Below, piece by piece: positions 37,167 to 49,485 of a stretch of 64,000 nucleotides of DNA; within the stretch, counting starts at the first letter, position 1, and the number at the start of each line of letters is the position of its first letter. Made by a program: the position numbers and the translations under genes. The notes beneath the pieces were generated by a model. It saw only the letters and a program-made list of their open reading frames with translations. It ran no database searches and had not been told where the DNA came from. This DNA is from Patellaria atrata CBS 101060 (Eukaryota): the NCBI GenBank assembly GCA_010093705.1, contig MU006091.1, positions 806,001 through 870,000 of the forward strand, read 5' to 3'.

Positions 37167-38165
37167 TTTCAAATGATCAGTTCATACTATTGAAGGGACG
37201 CAGAGATAGTGAACAAGTATTCATTTGTTCTTTTAGCACGAATACAGTCCACTGTATGAGTGGTTTAAACGTTTCCCAAAGGCAACACAAGGCCGGTGTT
37301 AGAGAAACAAGTCATTCCACTCCTAATTTAAGTAATCCTTCACGAGATTGTTCCTCGACGAGAAATTGCCTAACTTTCCCAACCTTTCCAGATACCCATC
37401 ATTGCCATGATCATTCACATCATTACCATCAAGAACTCCCCAAGTCAATCGAGATCCCACCCAAACCGACCAACGTGTTGCTGTAGGCGGTGAGGTGAGG
37501 GGGTGCAAGAATTATTGGTTTTGCATGGATAAGATGAGGTAGAGTCGTTATTCATCAATTTTCGGTACCAAGTAGAGCGAGGTTTGGTAGTATGGATGTC
37601 GAGGTCGTAGTGAGGAGCTTACTTGCTGATCAACTTATCAGTGATGCTCTCGTGACTTGGATTTCGAAGCTATGTAAAAGCTTCTTGAGGAGGTGAACAT
37701 ACCTGCGGGCCCTAACCTTTCTCCTCTTACGTTTGAGACGTCGAACTCGCTTCTTTCTCCACTTAGCTCTCATCTTCGATAGCTGGTTGCTGGCGGCAGA
37801 AGTCAGTAAAAAGTGCTGACTCCAGAAGCTGTTATCATTCTAGTTCGGGTGTCTTGCAGACACAATGACGATCTTATGAACCATTGAACTAATTGCACCA
37901 AAACAATTGGGCTTATTTTACTTACTTTCAAAGATGAGTGTTTTGCTGAAGATGATGAAAGAAAGGTTGTGTTTGGAGCAGTTGAAGCTACATTTGTGTG
38001 AGCTCTCGCTTAATAAATGAGTCTAACCATATATGGAAAGGAATAGGTCTGACTAAGAGGAACGGGAAACCTCGACGTAAAACAACTGTTTCTACATCGA
38101 CAGGGTAACACTTCAACTTTTAATTAGAAGAAAGGTGAGGAGGTAGGTGAGAAGGGGCTGCGAAA

Positions 38166-40556
38166 ATGGAGATGGACTTAGAAACTGGACCGCAAAACTC
38201 AGCCAACTGCACCTCTTATCTTGAAGTTAGGGAAGCTTTCAATAACCCATTCCCTAAAAGGAATGCTGAAATCATTCCCATATTACCTAATGATTGTTTC
38301 TATTTAGGAAGAAATGTATCTACTTGGTATGTGCTTTTATGCTATCACCGAGATCAACTATTAATGTTTTGGTAGTCGACGCGCATGGGAAGATCCGACA
38401 ATTTCTAACAAGCACCTACAAATCCGTTGTGTTGTATTTGAGGAAGATGCTACATCCGGGATTGCTCCTCTAATCTACGCTGAGGACCTGTCGACGAATG
38501 GGACCCAATTTGGACGTTTATGTGACTTCACAGGTTCTGTTACCCACGACCTGCCTGCCCGTATTAGAAGAAAGTCCGGCGGTATCTTACTCAATGACGG
38601 CGACACGTTGAAATTAGGAGCGTCTGTCCTACTCACCTACCGTTCATCTGTACGTCTGGGCCGCACAGGTGCTCAAATCGATCTTGTTCAGCAGGAGGAG
38701 CGGAAGGTGATTAAGTTCTTCTACTCGATGGTATGCAATACTGATCTACCCAGTGGTTAAATGACCATTATAAGATCAGTATGCGGAAACTTGGGGTGGG
38801 AGGCTTTGGGTGCGTGTTTGCAGCACGTGAAGTTACGAGCAACCGTCAAGTCGCGTGCAAGTTCATAGATTTGCGTGGACTAAAGGATGAGTTGAAAAAA
38901 ACGTTCGAAATGACGATGATTGGCTCAAAATACTTCACGGACTCGATGCGTGAATCACATCGCGGAACCGAAACCCCGAAAAAGGAAGATGCTCGCCGAC
39001 AAAAGCTACTTGACGAAGAATATTTTCTTCTACTACAGAAGAAGTTTCGAGAGTTTCAGACCCTGAAAGATTTGGACCACGTGAGTCGTAAATGACCGTA
39101 TTCGATATGAATTCTAACATTAACTAGCCTAATATTATAAGGTTAGAGAAAGTATTCTGGAGTGGCAATAGCATGTAAGGGTCCCTTGTTCTCTACTTCC
39201 CCTACTCATACATTTTAGATACATCTTCCAGGAACTTGTCACTGGTGGCGATCTGTTTTCCTTTCTTGAAGGTAAAGGTGGTCAACTTACTGACCCCGAA
39301 GCTGCTGTCATCATTCAACAGATTCTGAGGGCTGTTGATTACTTACATGACCGAGAAATAGTTCACCGGGACCTAAAACCTGATAATGTGCTAATGGCTT
39401 CGTCGAAGGACGGCATCCGCGTTGTTCTCACTGATTTTGGCAATGCTCGATATCTCCCAGGAGAAGGAACGGCGGGTCAAACACGCGAGATGCGGAAACA
39501 GAGGATGTTTTCAATCGTTGGCACTTGGGAATATGCTGCTCCGTAAGTAATCAGTTCTTTACCCGTTCTTGACTCCTAATAAGGTCTCCTAGTGAGATCC
39601 ATATGAAGAACAAACAGATACCTGCAAATTTGGGTTATTCTAAAGCGGTAGACATGTGGTCTATTGGATGCATCACAGCCGCCCTCTTGACTGGAGATGT
39701 ACTTTTTATAGACAGATCACACCCGCTATATAGCCAGGATCCCGCTCAGGTTATTCTAGACTTGGCAGCCAATTGTAACCTCGATGTTCTCCAAGAAGGC
39801 GAGCAATGGAAGGATGTTGGTCGACGGCCAAAAGACTTTATCAGGAAGCTTCTAGTATTAAACGAAACTCAAAGAATGAACGTCAAGGAAGCCTTGATTC
39901 ACAAGTGGTTTACCAGTCCATGCTATGCTGCGGAGTTTCGAGCAGTATATGAGCGAGCATGCTCAGATTGGCGGCCCCGCCGTAAACCATTCAATCTAGT
40001 TGAGCCATTGAAGCATCCCGGTGGATCTTTCCAAGACCAAGAGGACGATTCAGTAAAGGAGCCTCTACGATCCAGACGACGTCTAGTGGAGGGACCTCCC
40101 TCCCCCTCGAAATCGTTTCGCCCACACCTATCTACTATTGTAGAAGACCTCGAAGATCTTGAATTTATGCAAGATCTTGTCATCCGTTCCGACTCAACTG
40201 AATCCTCTATCAACTTGACGGGCCGATTAGCGTACAATAGTGCTCCGGAGTTAAATGAATGTTATTCTGAGAATGCATCATTTCAATTCTCAAACCTTCC
40301 TCAACATTCGGGGATTGAACTTTCTAGCTACGGTAGGTATGGTCGCCCGGACCCGAATAGTGAAGAAGACAATTTGAATGAACCCCCCAGTTGCTTGACA
40401 GACACCAATTGTAACGCATCGGGCCACGGCGGGAGCGTGACCATGGGAGCTCATCCCGCAGAGTCTAACGTAACGAACGTGGTAAGAAAACGCTGCATTT
40501 CCATTTCCCAGGAGGGCGAACTAGTATCAGGTGTTAAAAGGCCCAGGTCGGACTGA
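38166..40556 (+). CDS. MEK1: FHA-domain Ser/Thr kinase, Mek1-like (meiotic CHK2 family), 6 exons
   Basis: FHA motifs LGRN, ISNKHLQI, IAPLIYAEDLSTNGT; kinase LGVGGFG, VACK, HRDLKPDN, DFG, GTLEYAAP|E, DMWSIG; all exons splice in frame. MEK1 over DUN1/CHK2 is inferred from architecture. Confidence 0.75.
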
Positions 40557-42239
40557 GGTCTTCTGTCGCTCGCTTTGATCAGATTTGTGGAAGTAATAGC
40601 TGTCAATCTGCTTTGACCTTAAGTCATGTGGTGTGGATGAGGAGAATTCTAACCGAAACATATTTCTCATTTCAAAGAAGTACACCGTGCAAGTACAAAA
40701 TCAGTGCATGCGCTAGGATTATAACGAGCATACTAACACCTGTTTTCAGACATGCCAGAGTTAGTAAGATCCATATTAGGGTTCTAAAATCCCAAAGCTA
40801 TAGAACAAATTCGGAAGACCAACAAGCACAAAGTATCTTGATTTCATACTTTATTACTACCGTTATTCTAATCAGGTTCAATAAGTATCCAGTTTTTCTA
40901 TATGATCTTGGATAAAAAGCTCAGTCAGTATAAGAACCTGGCCGAAGATCTCAAAATCCATGTCCGCAATAAAGATTGAGGCAGGGGAGGATTGATAAGC
41001 CAAGCATCACTTACTCACGATATCTTCGACCAATTTACACAATGCATATCGATTAACTACGTTTCGAGCAGAGAGCTGTTGAGGTCAGACATCGCTCCTG
41101 GTGGCGTAGAAGCGACATAGCACGGCGTTCTTAAGTAGGAAGCGCTTGAGTTCAGATTCCCAAGTACCGGTCAACAGGTGAACAAACTCACCATTTTAGG
41201 CTCACTAGCTACATTACTGGGCCCGGGTAGATAGTTGCTTGTCTTAAAAGATGTCTCTTCTCTGAAGGGGACATCAATGCCGAGTACAGTAGCACGATTG
41301 CCATCCTTATGGGTCCCTTTTTTTTTCTTTTTTTTTCGAATTCTGCCGCGATGCGCGCTCCACATCTCATCTGAATATTCCCGAATGGCAAAAAAGACGG
41401 ATCCAGGTTAGGAGGCCACATACAACCTCGACATGTGCTGTGGTCTTCTGACTCAACTTGCTTATATAAGTTATAGTGCTGTACAAGTCCCGTCTTAGCT
41501 GGACATGCTCTACCCGGTAACGCACGCAATCTGAGCGATGGTGGTCAAATGTAGGGAAGTGGTAAGCATACCAGCATGCCTTGTCAATATGATCTGAAGT
41601 ATTCACGAACCATCGGAGAAAAACGTGGGGGGGTGCGGGCAAAGAGAAGGGGGGTAAAGTTGATATGTGGTGGTGGGTAAGGTCTTCGAAGGTACGTAGT
41701 CTTGTGTGGGAGGGGCGGAAGCCGCGGAGGATACCCCTTAAGGCTAGAATGGGAGGGGTTGAAGGAGGCTTGAAAGCGGTGGGAGAAGAAAAAGTTATGG
41801 GTACAGTGGAGGTAGATCTGGAAGGCAAAAAATACAACCCTTTTGAAGGATAAAAACTGTATTCTAGTGGCTATCTGAAGTGGGTTATTCAAGAAAGTAC
41901 TTTAGCCACCTCAATCATCTCTTCAATCTCTACCTTACTGTATGAGCATCAATTGGAGGATCCATGAGGGGGCCATGTAATTTAACCGCAACCATGACGG
42001 CACCGAAGATTGTTTACGGTAGAGTCTCGAGTAACATCCATATTGCCGAATTGACTCGAGCAGCTGCAGAGTTTTTAATCTATCAGAACTATCTTGATAC
42101 CTGTTGCAGGGAGGATATATATCTTGCGCCTTGCTCAAACATCTCTCTTCATTTCTGCCTGTTAGCTTTGCAATTGACCTCTTACATACCCTCAACACTA
42201 TTACACGAATAAGATACTTTTAGAACAAGGTTAACAAAA

Positions 42240-43412
42240 ATGGTACCAACACTTAAACTAGCATCTGGCTATGAAATGCCTATCGTAGGCTTCGGGTTGT
42301 GGAAAGTTGGCGCAGAGACCTGTGCGGATACAGTCTACAATGTATATCCCGGCCCCCTACCCCCCTATTAAGAACATGGCAACTGAGCCCTGTAGGCGAT
42401 CAAAGCAGGCTACCGTCTGTTCGATGGCGCATACGACTACGCCAACGAGAAGGAAGCCGGTGAGGGTATACGTCGCGCCATTGACGAGGGTCTCGTCAAG
42501 CGTGAAGATCTCTTCGTGACCTCCAAGATCTGGAACAACTACCACGCAGCAGAGCATGCGGAAAAGATGGCAAAGTCCCAGCTCGAGACCTGGAATATCG
42601 GCTACCTCGACCTGTTCCTAATCCACTTCCCAGTCTCACTCGAGTTCGTCGATCCTAAGGATTCGAAGTTCCCTGTACGTGTTCCTTCCTCAAGGCTCTC
42701 CAAATCACCAAGTCGTCATGGATTAAGTGCTAATATTCCTTTTCCTAGGGTTGGTGGTTACCCGACGGCTCTCTAGCAGCAACGGCCAAAGTCCCCATCT
42801 CCGAAACCTGGAAAGTCCTCGAATCCCTTGTGGACGCCAAGCTCGTCCGCTCCATCGGCGTCTCCAACTTCCAGTCCCAACTCCTCTTCAACACCATCAA
42901 CGAGGCCCGCCACCCGGTCTCCGTCCTCCAGATCGAGCACCACCCCTACCTCACCCAACCGGGTCTCGTGCTCGGCGCGCAGGAGAACGGCGTGCAGGTG
43001 ACCGCCTACTCGAGCTTCGGCGCACAGAGTTTCCTAGAGTTGCCCGAGGCGTTCAGGGGCCGAGCGAAGGGCCTGCAGATGCTGTTGGAGCACGAAACCA
43101 CCAAGGGAATTGCGGGTAAGTTGGGCAAGACCCCGGCGCAGGTGTTGCTGAGGTGGTCGACGCAGAGGTATGTCATCCCGTAACTCCCTTTTCCCTATTT
43201 CCCGGGAAAGTAAATGAGGGCTGATGTGTGTAAATAGGGGTATCGCCGTTATCCCCAAATCCAACAATCCCGAGCGCCTCGCGCAGAACCTTGCCGTCAC
43301 CGACTTCGACCTCGCCGAGGACGATATCAAGGCCCTCTCTTCGCTCGATAAGGGTCTGAGATTCAACGACCCGGGTTACTATCTCGACAAGCCATTGAGA
43401 ATCTTCGGTTAA
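42240..43412 (+). CDS. XYL1: NAD(P)H-dependent D-xylose reductase-like aldo-keto reductase, 4 exons
   Basis: [66 protein letters not shown]. Confidence 0.88.
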
Positions 43413-43755
43413 GCTCAGAATGACGAAGTGGCTGTTCGAATGATGTGATTGGGGCGGTTTTCAGTTCCAGAGTATTATTTTTGCCGTTTCTGTGGTTGAA
43501 ATCGTGGACTGCATGCATGGTAGTAATATCTCTAGAATTTGGACCATGTTGTTCGTCGTTCCCGGAGCTGTTTAGAAGAAGTGCGATGGAGTCATAGTTG
43601 CGCGTCATGATAAGTATTGCGATTTCCCAGTCGATTGGGATGAGAGGAAATATTGTGCTGAATTCAGGAGGTTCTAAGGGAATGGGAATTATCGACAAAT
43701 TACAATACCTGACAAAGACAAAAATTATTACACCCTAACGAAAAATGCTATCCCT

Positions 43756-44805
43756 TTAGTGTCCTTCTACTGCGGCAACACCTAAATCACCATCCGCAAT
43801 TGCCCCCATTACTTCCTCAACTTCCTCTCCGCGTTGTTCCAGTACCCATTCAAGCGTTTGAACCCACGTCTCCCCATTATTGTCGAACCAATCGCCTAGC
43901 CCCTTAACATAGCTTTCCACTTGACCCTTTAACGGTGCATTTTCCTTCAACCAAAGAATCTGCTCAGGATCTAGCTTCAGCATATCTTCCACAACATAGT
44001 AGTGTCCAATATCGTCACCCCAGCCCTCACACCCAGGTTCATGGTACGGCGTCGCCATATACTTGGATGAAAAGTAGCGTGTTGTCATAGCCGCGGTATT
44101 ATGATACTGACTGGACAGTGGAAATGGTGTGAACGGTGGTGTAGAATAGTTGAGGTGGATGTTGAAGAGCAGTTGCCCTGCATCGTGCTCTGGGAAGCGT
44201 TTCTTGAACTTCCCGGCTATTGTACCGTTCGAGGGACACACATCATGATGAACCACCTCACGTAGAACTCCATGCACATCCGCAATCTCCGCGAGTTCTA
44301 CAGTACTCCAGTTATGGAGAAGCTCAGCGCGCTCGGATCGCACGGTAGGAACCATGCGTCTCTCACGGGTATGTGTAGGGGTATGAAACGCGCGGGTATA
44401 AAGCCAGAGCCGATACAGAGCGCGACGAAAGTAGTAACATTCCTTAGATGTGAGAAGACGGCGGTCTACGAAATTGTACTTCCATTTTTTGAAGGGATAG
44501 ATGTCACACCACTTCTCTGCGATGCGGCCTGTGCGAATAACTTGCTTGAGTAGGGTAAGAGAAAAAGGAACGGAACGGATGATATGAGCTGGTTGGCTGG
44601 CGTTGTGCGTGAGAAGCTGGACAACGTCTTCGAGAGGACCATATTGGAAGTCAGCAGCGTGCTGTAGGATAGTAAGCTTTTGGGAGGACGAGTAGATCCC
44701 ACGAAAGCGTCGGCATGTGGAGGAGAGGGCCAGGACATCGGAAATGGTGTTACAGGAAAGGAAAACTTGGGTGATAAGCTCGGTTGCAACGTTTTCGAAA
44801 AGCAT
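43756..44805 (-). CDS. F-box-like domain protein, single exon
   Basis: 349-aa ORF with N-terminal FENVATELITQVFLSC..DVLALSSTCRRFRGI resembling an F-box. Confidence 0.7.
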   Translation of the reverse strand: MLFENVATELITQVFLSCNTISDVLALSSTCRRFRGIYSSSQKLTILQHAADFQYGPLEDVVQLLTHNASQPAHIIRSVPFSLTLLKQVIRTGRIAEKWCDIYPFKKWKYNFVDRRLLTSKECYYFRRALYRLWLYTRAFHTPTHTRERRMVPTVRSERAELLHNWSTVELAEIADVHGVLREVVHHDVCPSNGTIAGKFKKRFPEHDAGQLLFNIHLNYSTPPFTPFPLSSQYHNTAAMTTRYFSSKYMATPYHEPGCEGWGDDIGHYYVVEDMLKLDPEQILWLKENAPLKGQVESYVKGLGDWFDNNGETWVQTLEWVLEQRGEEVEEVMGAIADGDLGVAAVEGH

Positions 44806-45517
44806 CTTGATGGATATTCTTTTTCTATATTTCGTTTATTTTCCAATTTTTTTAATAGCAATAACTGCAAATTTCAATTTGGGTTGTTGATGACACCTTC
44901 AGACGATATAAGGATTCTAATTCTGATATTTACTGCTTCGACAACGTGAGTTGCCGAAGGGGAGACGAAGGGTTTAAATAATATAGACCCCTCCTTTGGG
45001 GCTATAGAAGAGAGGGGTGACATTCTGTAGAGAATGAAGATCAGAATGAGAATGAGAATGAGTCGCATTCAGGCCAAAAAGGCCGATGATGGTTGAGGTC
45101 GTCATATTTGCTTGTGGAGAGAAAAGGAGAAGGTGAGGTCGGAGCTGGGAAACGCGATAAGTAATAAATATACTGCCAAACTGGATCTCACCGCCCTGGC
45201 GATTTGCATTATTTATATTTTTATCTGTTGAACCCCCTTTCTTCTCACCCAGTAATGACCTATGGGGTAGCCTGATTTGCTGTAAGACTGCATTGTCACA
45301 CTCCAAGGGCTCCTACCTGCATGTGGCCAATTTCCTACCTTGTACTGTATGTACCTCCTGCTTGAACGACGTATATCTGTTTGGCCGCCACCAACGCATC
45401 GCCACATATCTCCACTACATTAGAAGTATTTAATACCTAAGTATCTCCGCGAGGAACCTGGAGACTGGCCTTCCACAGTTAAGCATTTGTCGAGTTGCAA
45501 CCTCCAGCATCGGAATC

Positions 45518-46222
45518 ATGAGAGAGCCCCAAATTCAGGAATCCTCAAAGACCTCCTATTTCCTCAAATTACCTCTCGAAATCCGTCAAGAAATCTTTAG
45601 TTACATACTTCCTACCACCTTCAAGGACAAGAATCACGGCATTGCATGGCGTCGTGGTCATATCGCGCTGCTCGCCGTAAATAGGCAACTCAATGAAGAA
45701 TGTCTGGATCTTATGTATGGCCACAGCACGTTCACAATAGACGTAACATACGATTCAATCAGATTCCGCTACCAGTGGGTTCTGCCATCATTACTTTGTC
45801 CAAATAAGAGATATCCGTTCTTAACTTGTTTTCCGCCACACCTTCTACGGCTCATCAAGTATTATGAGATCAGTGTTGAGCATGTAGATGGCTATACTGG
45901 AATGATCAAGTATAACTGCCAAGGTCCGGGGCTGACGGATGGGTTGAGGGCCCAAGTACAGAAATTAGTGGAAGTTATGGTAACTGCGGGAGAGTTACAT
46001 AGAGTCAAAATCTACTTGTCCCATGGCAACAAAGTTCTGAAGCAAATCCGCACCGTGGCTGTCTTTGCGGTCGAAAGAGGGAAGAATGCAGCCGTGATAC
46101 AGACGGTGCTTGATCCTTTCAGAAGCTTGAAAGGAGTCCGCCAGGCAAGAGTCATGGGGACTGATATGCAAGATGACTTTGCTCGAGCTCTGGAGAAGCA
46201 GATGATGGCTCATTATTCGTGA
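45518..46222 (+). CDS. Hypothetical protein with F-box-like N-terminal motif
   Basis: 234-aa ORF with FLKLPLEIRQEIFSYIL...LLAVNRQLNEE. Confidence 0.65.
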   Translation: MREPQIQESSKTSYFLKLPLEIRQEIFSYILPTTFKDKNHGIAWRRGHIALLAVNRQLNEECLDLMYGHSTFTIDVTYDSIRFRYQWVLPSLLCPNKRYPFLTCFPPHLLRLIKYYEISVEHVDGYTGMIKYNCQGPGLTDGLRAQVQKLVEVMVTAGELHRVKIYLSHGNKVLKQIRTVAVFAVERGKNAAVIQTVLDPFRSLKGVRQARVMGTDMQDDFARALEKQMMAHYS

Positions 46223-46334
46223 ATGCCCAACTTATGGACCGGTTCCGCTGGGGTATATGTACAAAGCAAGGACATCTCAATAACATTGGAGAGCTTGCTC
46301 CGATAACTCTACTACCGGAATTTGGGCAACCCGA

Positions 46335-47425
46335 TCATGCGAATAGAACCCTATTATCTAGAGCATCGCGCTCCTTTTTGCGACCACCCTCTGTGTTAAG
46401 TCCAAGATCACCTCTCTTGATCTTTCTTTCCATACCTTGTTCACTTCTACGGTTGAATTTTCCAGCTCTCGCGAGCCTCAATTCGGCCCTTATTTGATTC
46501 GGTGATACGAACTCCTTGTTTTCGTATATAACAGGTCCTCCAAAGCTCGATTCTAGTATCACGATAGGAGTTAGGACGAATCTCGGCCCTATTTCTACCA
46601 AACCGAGATTGGTCTCTAAACCTTTACTCTCTTTGGAATTTAGCTTATATTCAGATTCTCCATTTTCTGTAGGTTTCTGCTTTCCCGGGTCTGTTTCGTT
46701 GATCTGGTAACACCGTATCCATATCTTTCCATCTGCTACCGTGAATCCCATGACATGATCTATGAAGGGTTTTACCTTCCTCGATGTTTTTGGAACGCCG
46801 AATGTGTGTGTGAAAAGCTCTTTAATGACCCGCAGATGCGCTTGCTTTTCGAACGCAGCATCAAAGGAGAGTATAGGGCGAGACCCTTTCAAGCAGTTAC
46901 CTGTGAAATGTAACTCCTCCATGGTGTGTACTATAAAACTATGAGTATGGACAACGTTACGTTACACCCGGCTTGAAATCCATATCACACTCACAGTTTT
47001 GTAAATGCATCTTGACCGTAGGTCCATTCGGTGGTTTACTCATCCAAACATAGAGATCTTTGCCCTTTCTCGCCTCAAAAAATAGTACATTATTACAATT
47101 GTAGAGGTCCGCAAGTTCGTTCAGTTGATACAGTTTGGTCTTCGTATCGAGCTTTGCATCTTTGCGGCTGTGAGGAAGTAATGAGTGGATATCGTTCAAA
47201 AGGTGTCGATGTCTATTATTCACCATTAGCTAATCCTTTTAATGATAGAGATCTACGAAGTCAGTGCGCCAGAATTATCCTCTGGCGCAAACTGTTCTCA
47301 TACCGGAAGGTAACGCCTCTCGAGCTTAGAATGAGAACCCTTTGCCGATTCCTCTTGGAACCGCTAGCCTTGTCGCCGTCCTTGCTCCTGTCTGTTTTCG
47401 AAAGAGACTTATAGACTGTGGCCAT
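46335..47425 (-). CDS. BRX1: Ribosome biogenesis protein Brx1 (Brix domain), 3 exons
   Basis: RVLILSSRGVT, ELADLYNCNNVLFFEARK, MEELHFTGNCLKGSRPILSFD, LVEIGPRFVL. Confidence 0.96.
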
Positions 47426-47805
47426 GGTGTAAATGTTGCTACAGTCTTTCTTGAGCGCGACCTTGAATTTTTCTGAGAAAATATTAAGCTCTATCGCAGC
47501 AGAGCGGGACAAAGGTTGTACCGCGCGTTCGACGCGGGTAAAGTCTTGGCATATTTGACCGCTTTGATCAAACCTTTAACGTTCCATGACGAAGCCCGAG
47601 GGTTCCGGCTAAGGATACAAGTATCAAGTCAAGCAGCATCAGCTTCATGCTTGCGAGGTTGTATATGCCAATCTAAGCACTTCCATACGCCGCATATCTA
47701 GGGCGCTCCCCAAGGATAACAGTCACGAAATATTTCCTTTGTTATCCTAAGCGCGTTACGTGTCGAGGTAAAGATATCGGGTCTTAACTTCTCTCTACAG
47801 CTATA

Positions 47806-48244
47806 ATGGCTTCATACGTCTTCTACTCTGTCGTTTTCTCCACATTCATTATCTCAACTGGTACGTATTCGTCCTTCTATCCCTCATCAGCGATCTAACG
47901 CGCAGCTAGTCCTATACTTCACCCGGTACCACTGGCTCCCCTTCATTCCAACATCTCGATTCCCTTCAATACCCTACCTCTATCACCGACTCCCCACAAC
48001 CTTCAGCGGGGATATTGAAGCCGGCTTCTCCTCTTCCGCCTTCGACTTGAGCACGAACATAGACAGCGGCGACACGCGCGCGGGGCTAGATGAACGCGGA
48101 AAGAGGGAAATCCAGAAGATTATGAAGGCGCGGAAGGTGGGCTTTGATGAGGGGAGAAGGCTGTATATGGAACAGAGATTTAGGGATAATGATATTGGGG
48201 CTGATGGGAGACCGAGGGATCCAAAGTTCGTGAGCTTTTCCTAA
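47806..48244 (+). CDS. Small fungal membrane-anchored protein (DUF2015-like), 2 coding exons
   Basis: N-terminal TM MASYVFYSVVFSTFIIST|VLYF, then DIEAGFSSSAFDL..GDTRAGLDE..IGADGRPRDPKFVSFS*. Confidence 0.75.
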
Positions 48245-49485
48245 CGGGGGAAGATAAGATGCGGGAGATTCGTTTCATTTGTGGGTTGGGTGCGATAGCG
48301 TGATCTGATTTTGATATCCTCGAGGAAACTGTATTCCCTGTATGAAGCGGCGTTATGGATTAACATGAAGTTTAATAGCGCCTTTTGCGGTCCCCTTCCA
48401 GATTGGGGAAACAACAGCATTCTAATTTTATCAGTCTTCTATATCATCTCCTTTTCTCTTTGTATTTTTTTTGGGTATATTTCTTGTCGTTTGAGGATCA
48501 TGTTTGACATCATTGTATCCCAGTCAGTGTTTCGGAGTATCAGTATTATTTTGCTTCAAACTCCTTTCCAGAATTTGCTCTTCCGGCGTTGCTTAGCTAG
48601 ACACATATATGTCCTTTCTCCTCAGTTGACACTCGGCACCTGTTCCATCGTTAACATACTCTTGGCGAGTTACTGCTCTCGAGCTATCCAAACAATTTTC
48701 ATTGTCAGTACGAGCACGTCTTATGTACGAGTGGGATCCCTCTATAGCTTTTTGAATCTCTTGTACAGTAGAGTCAGGGACAGCTTGAAGACAGGAGATG
48801 CAACACTTGAAGCAACATTGACAGGTCACTTATACAAGTAAAGATCCGCCATACATCTCCTTTCCCTGTACAGTGAGGTTAAAGGTAAACCTGATAAAGT
48901 AGCCTTCACTAGATGAGGAATGCTCTATTTGGGGAAGCTCTAAAAATCTGTAGGGATTGCAACACAACATGACTTCAAAGAGCCTTAGTCATACTGCTAC
49001 CTTCCTGAGGGGATAGTATTATCCCTGTTTACGTACAATAATTCGAGAGCCCTGTTCATCAAGTGACATGCACCAATTTAAGCAGTAGAAGGTTTCAAGG
49101 GGTTCCTGACTATAAAGATCGCACTTGACGATGTTCCATTGAAGACTGAGCCAGTGACCAGTGTCATACCGCGTCGCACTGGTTTATCAGTTTTAGTTAA
49201 GATTTGTGCGCTATGTGGACTTATTAACAGCTAGATCCGTAAGATAATCAACGCCATGCAAATGCAGACCGAAGAGCTCTGTCAACCATGAGACCGTCCC
49301 ATCCAAGCACCTGAAACCATCTAGATAGATCCGAACGCCACGCTGAAGAAAGATATGCAGTATCAAAGGGGAGAAAATGGGTCGAGAGAGTACCCCCTAT
49401 CCCATCAACATCGAGAGAGGTTGGGTACAAATGAAGCAGTGGCCAGAAGCAGCAAAGATCTCGATGTTCGTCGGTGCGACGGACA

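Noticed and set aside
35930..43412. Secondary-metabolite or catabolic gene cluster (esterase plus reductase)
   Set aside because: No PKS, NRPS or terpene backbone gene and no cluster regulator; neighbours are unrelated housekeeping genes
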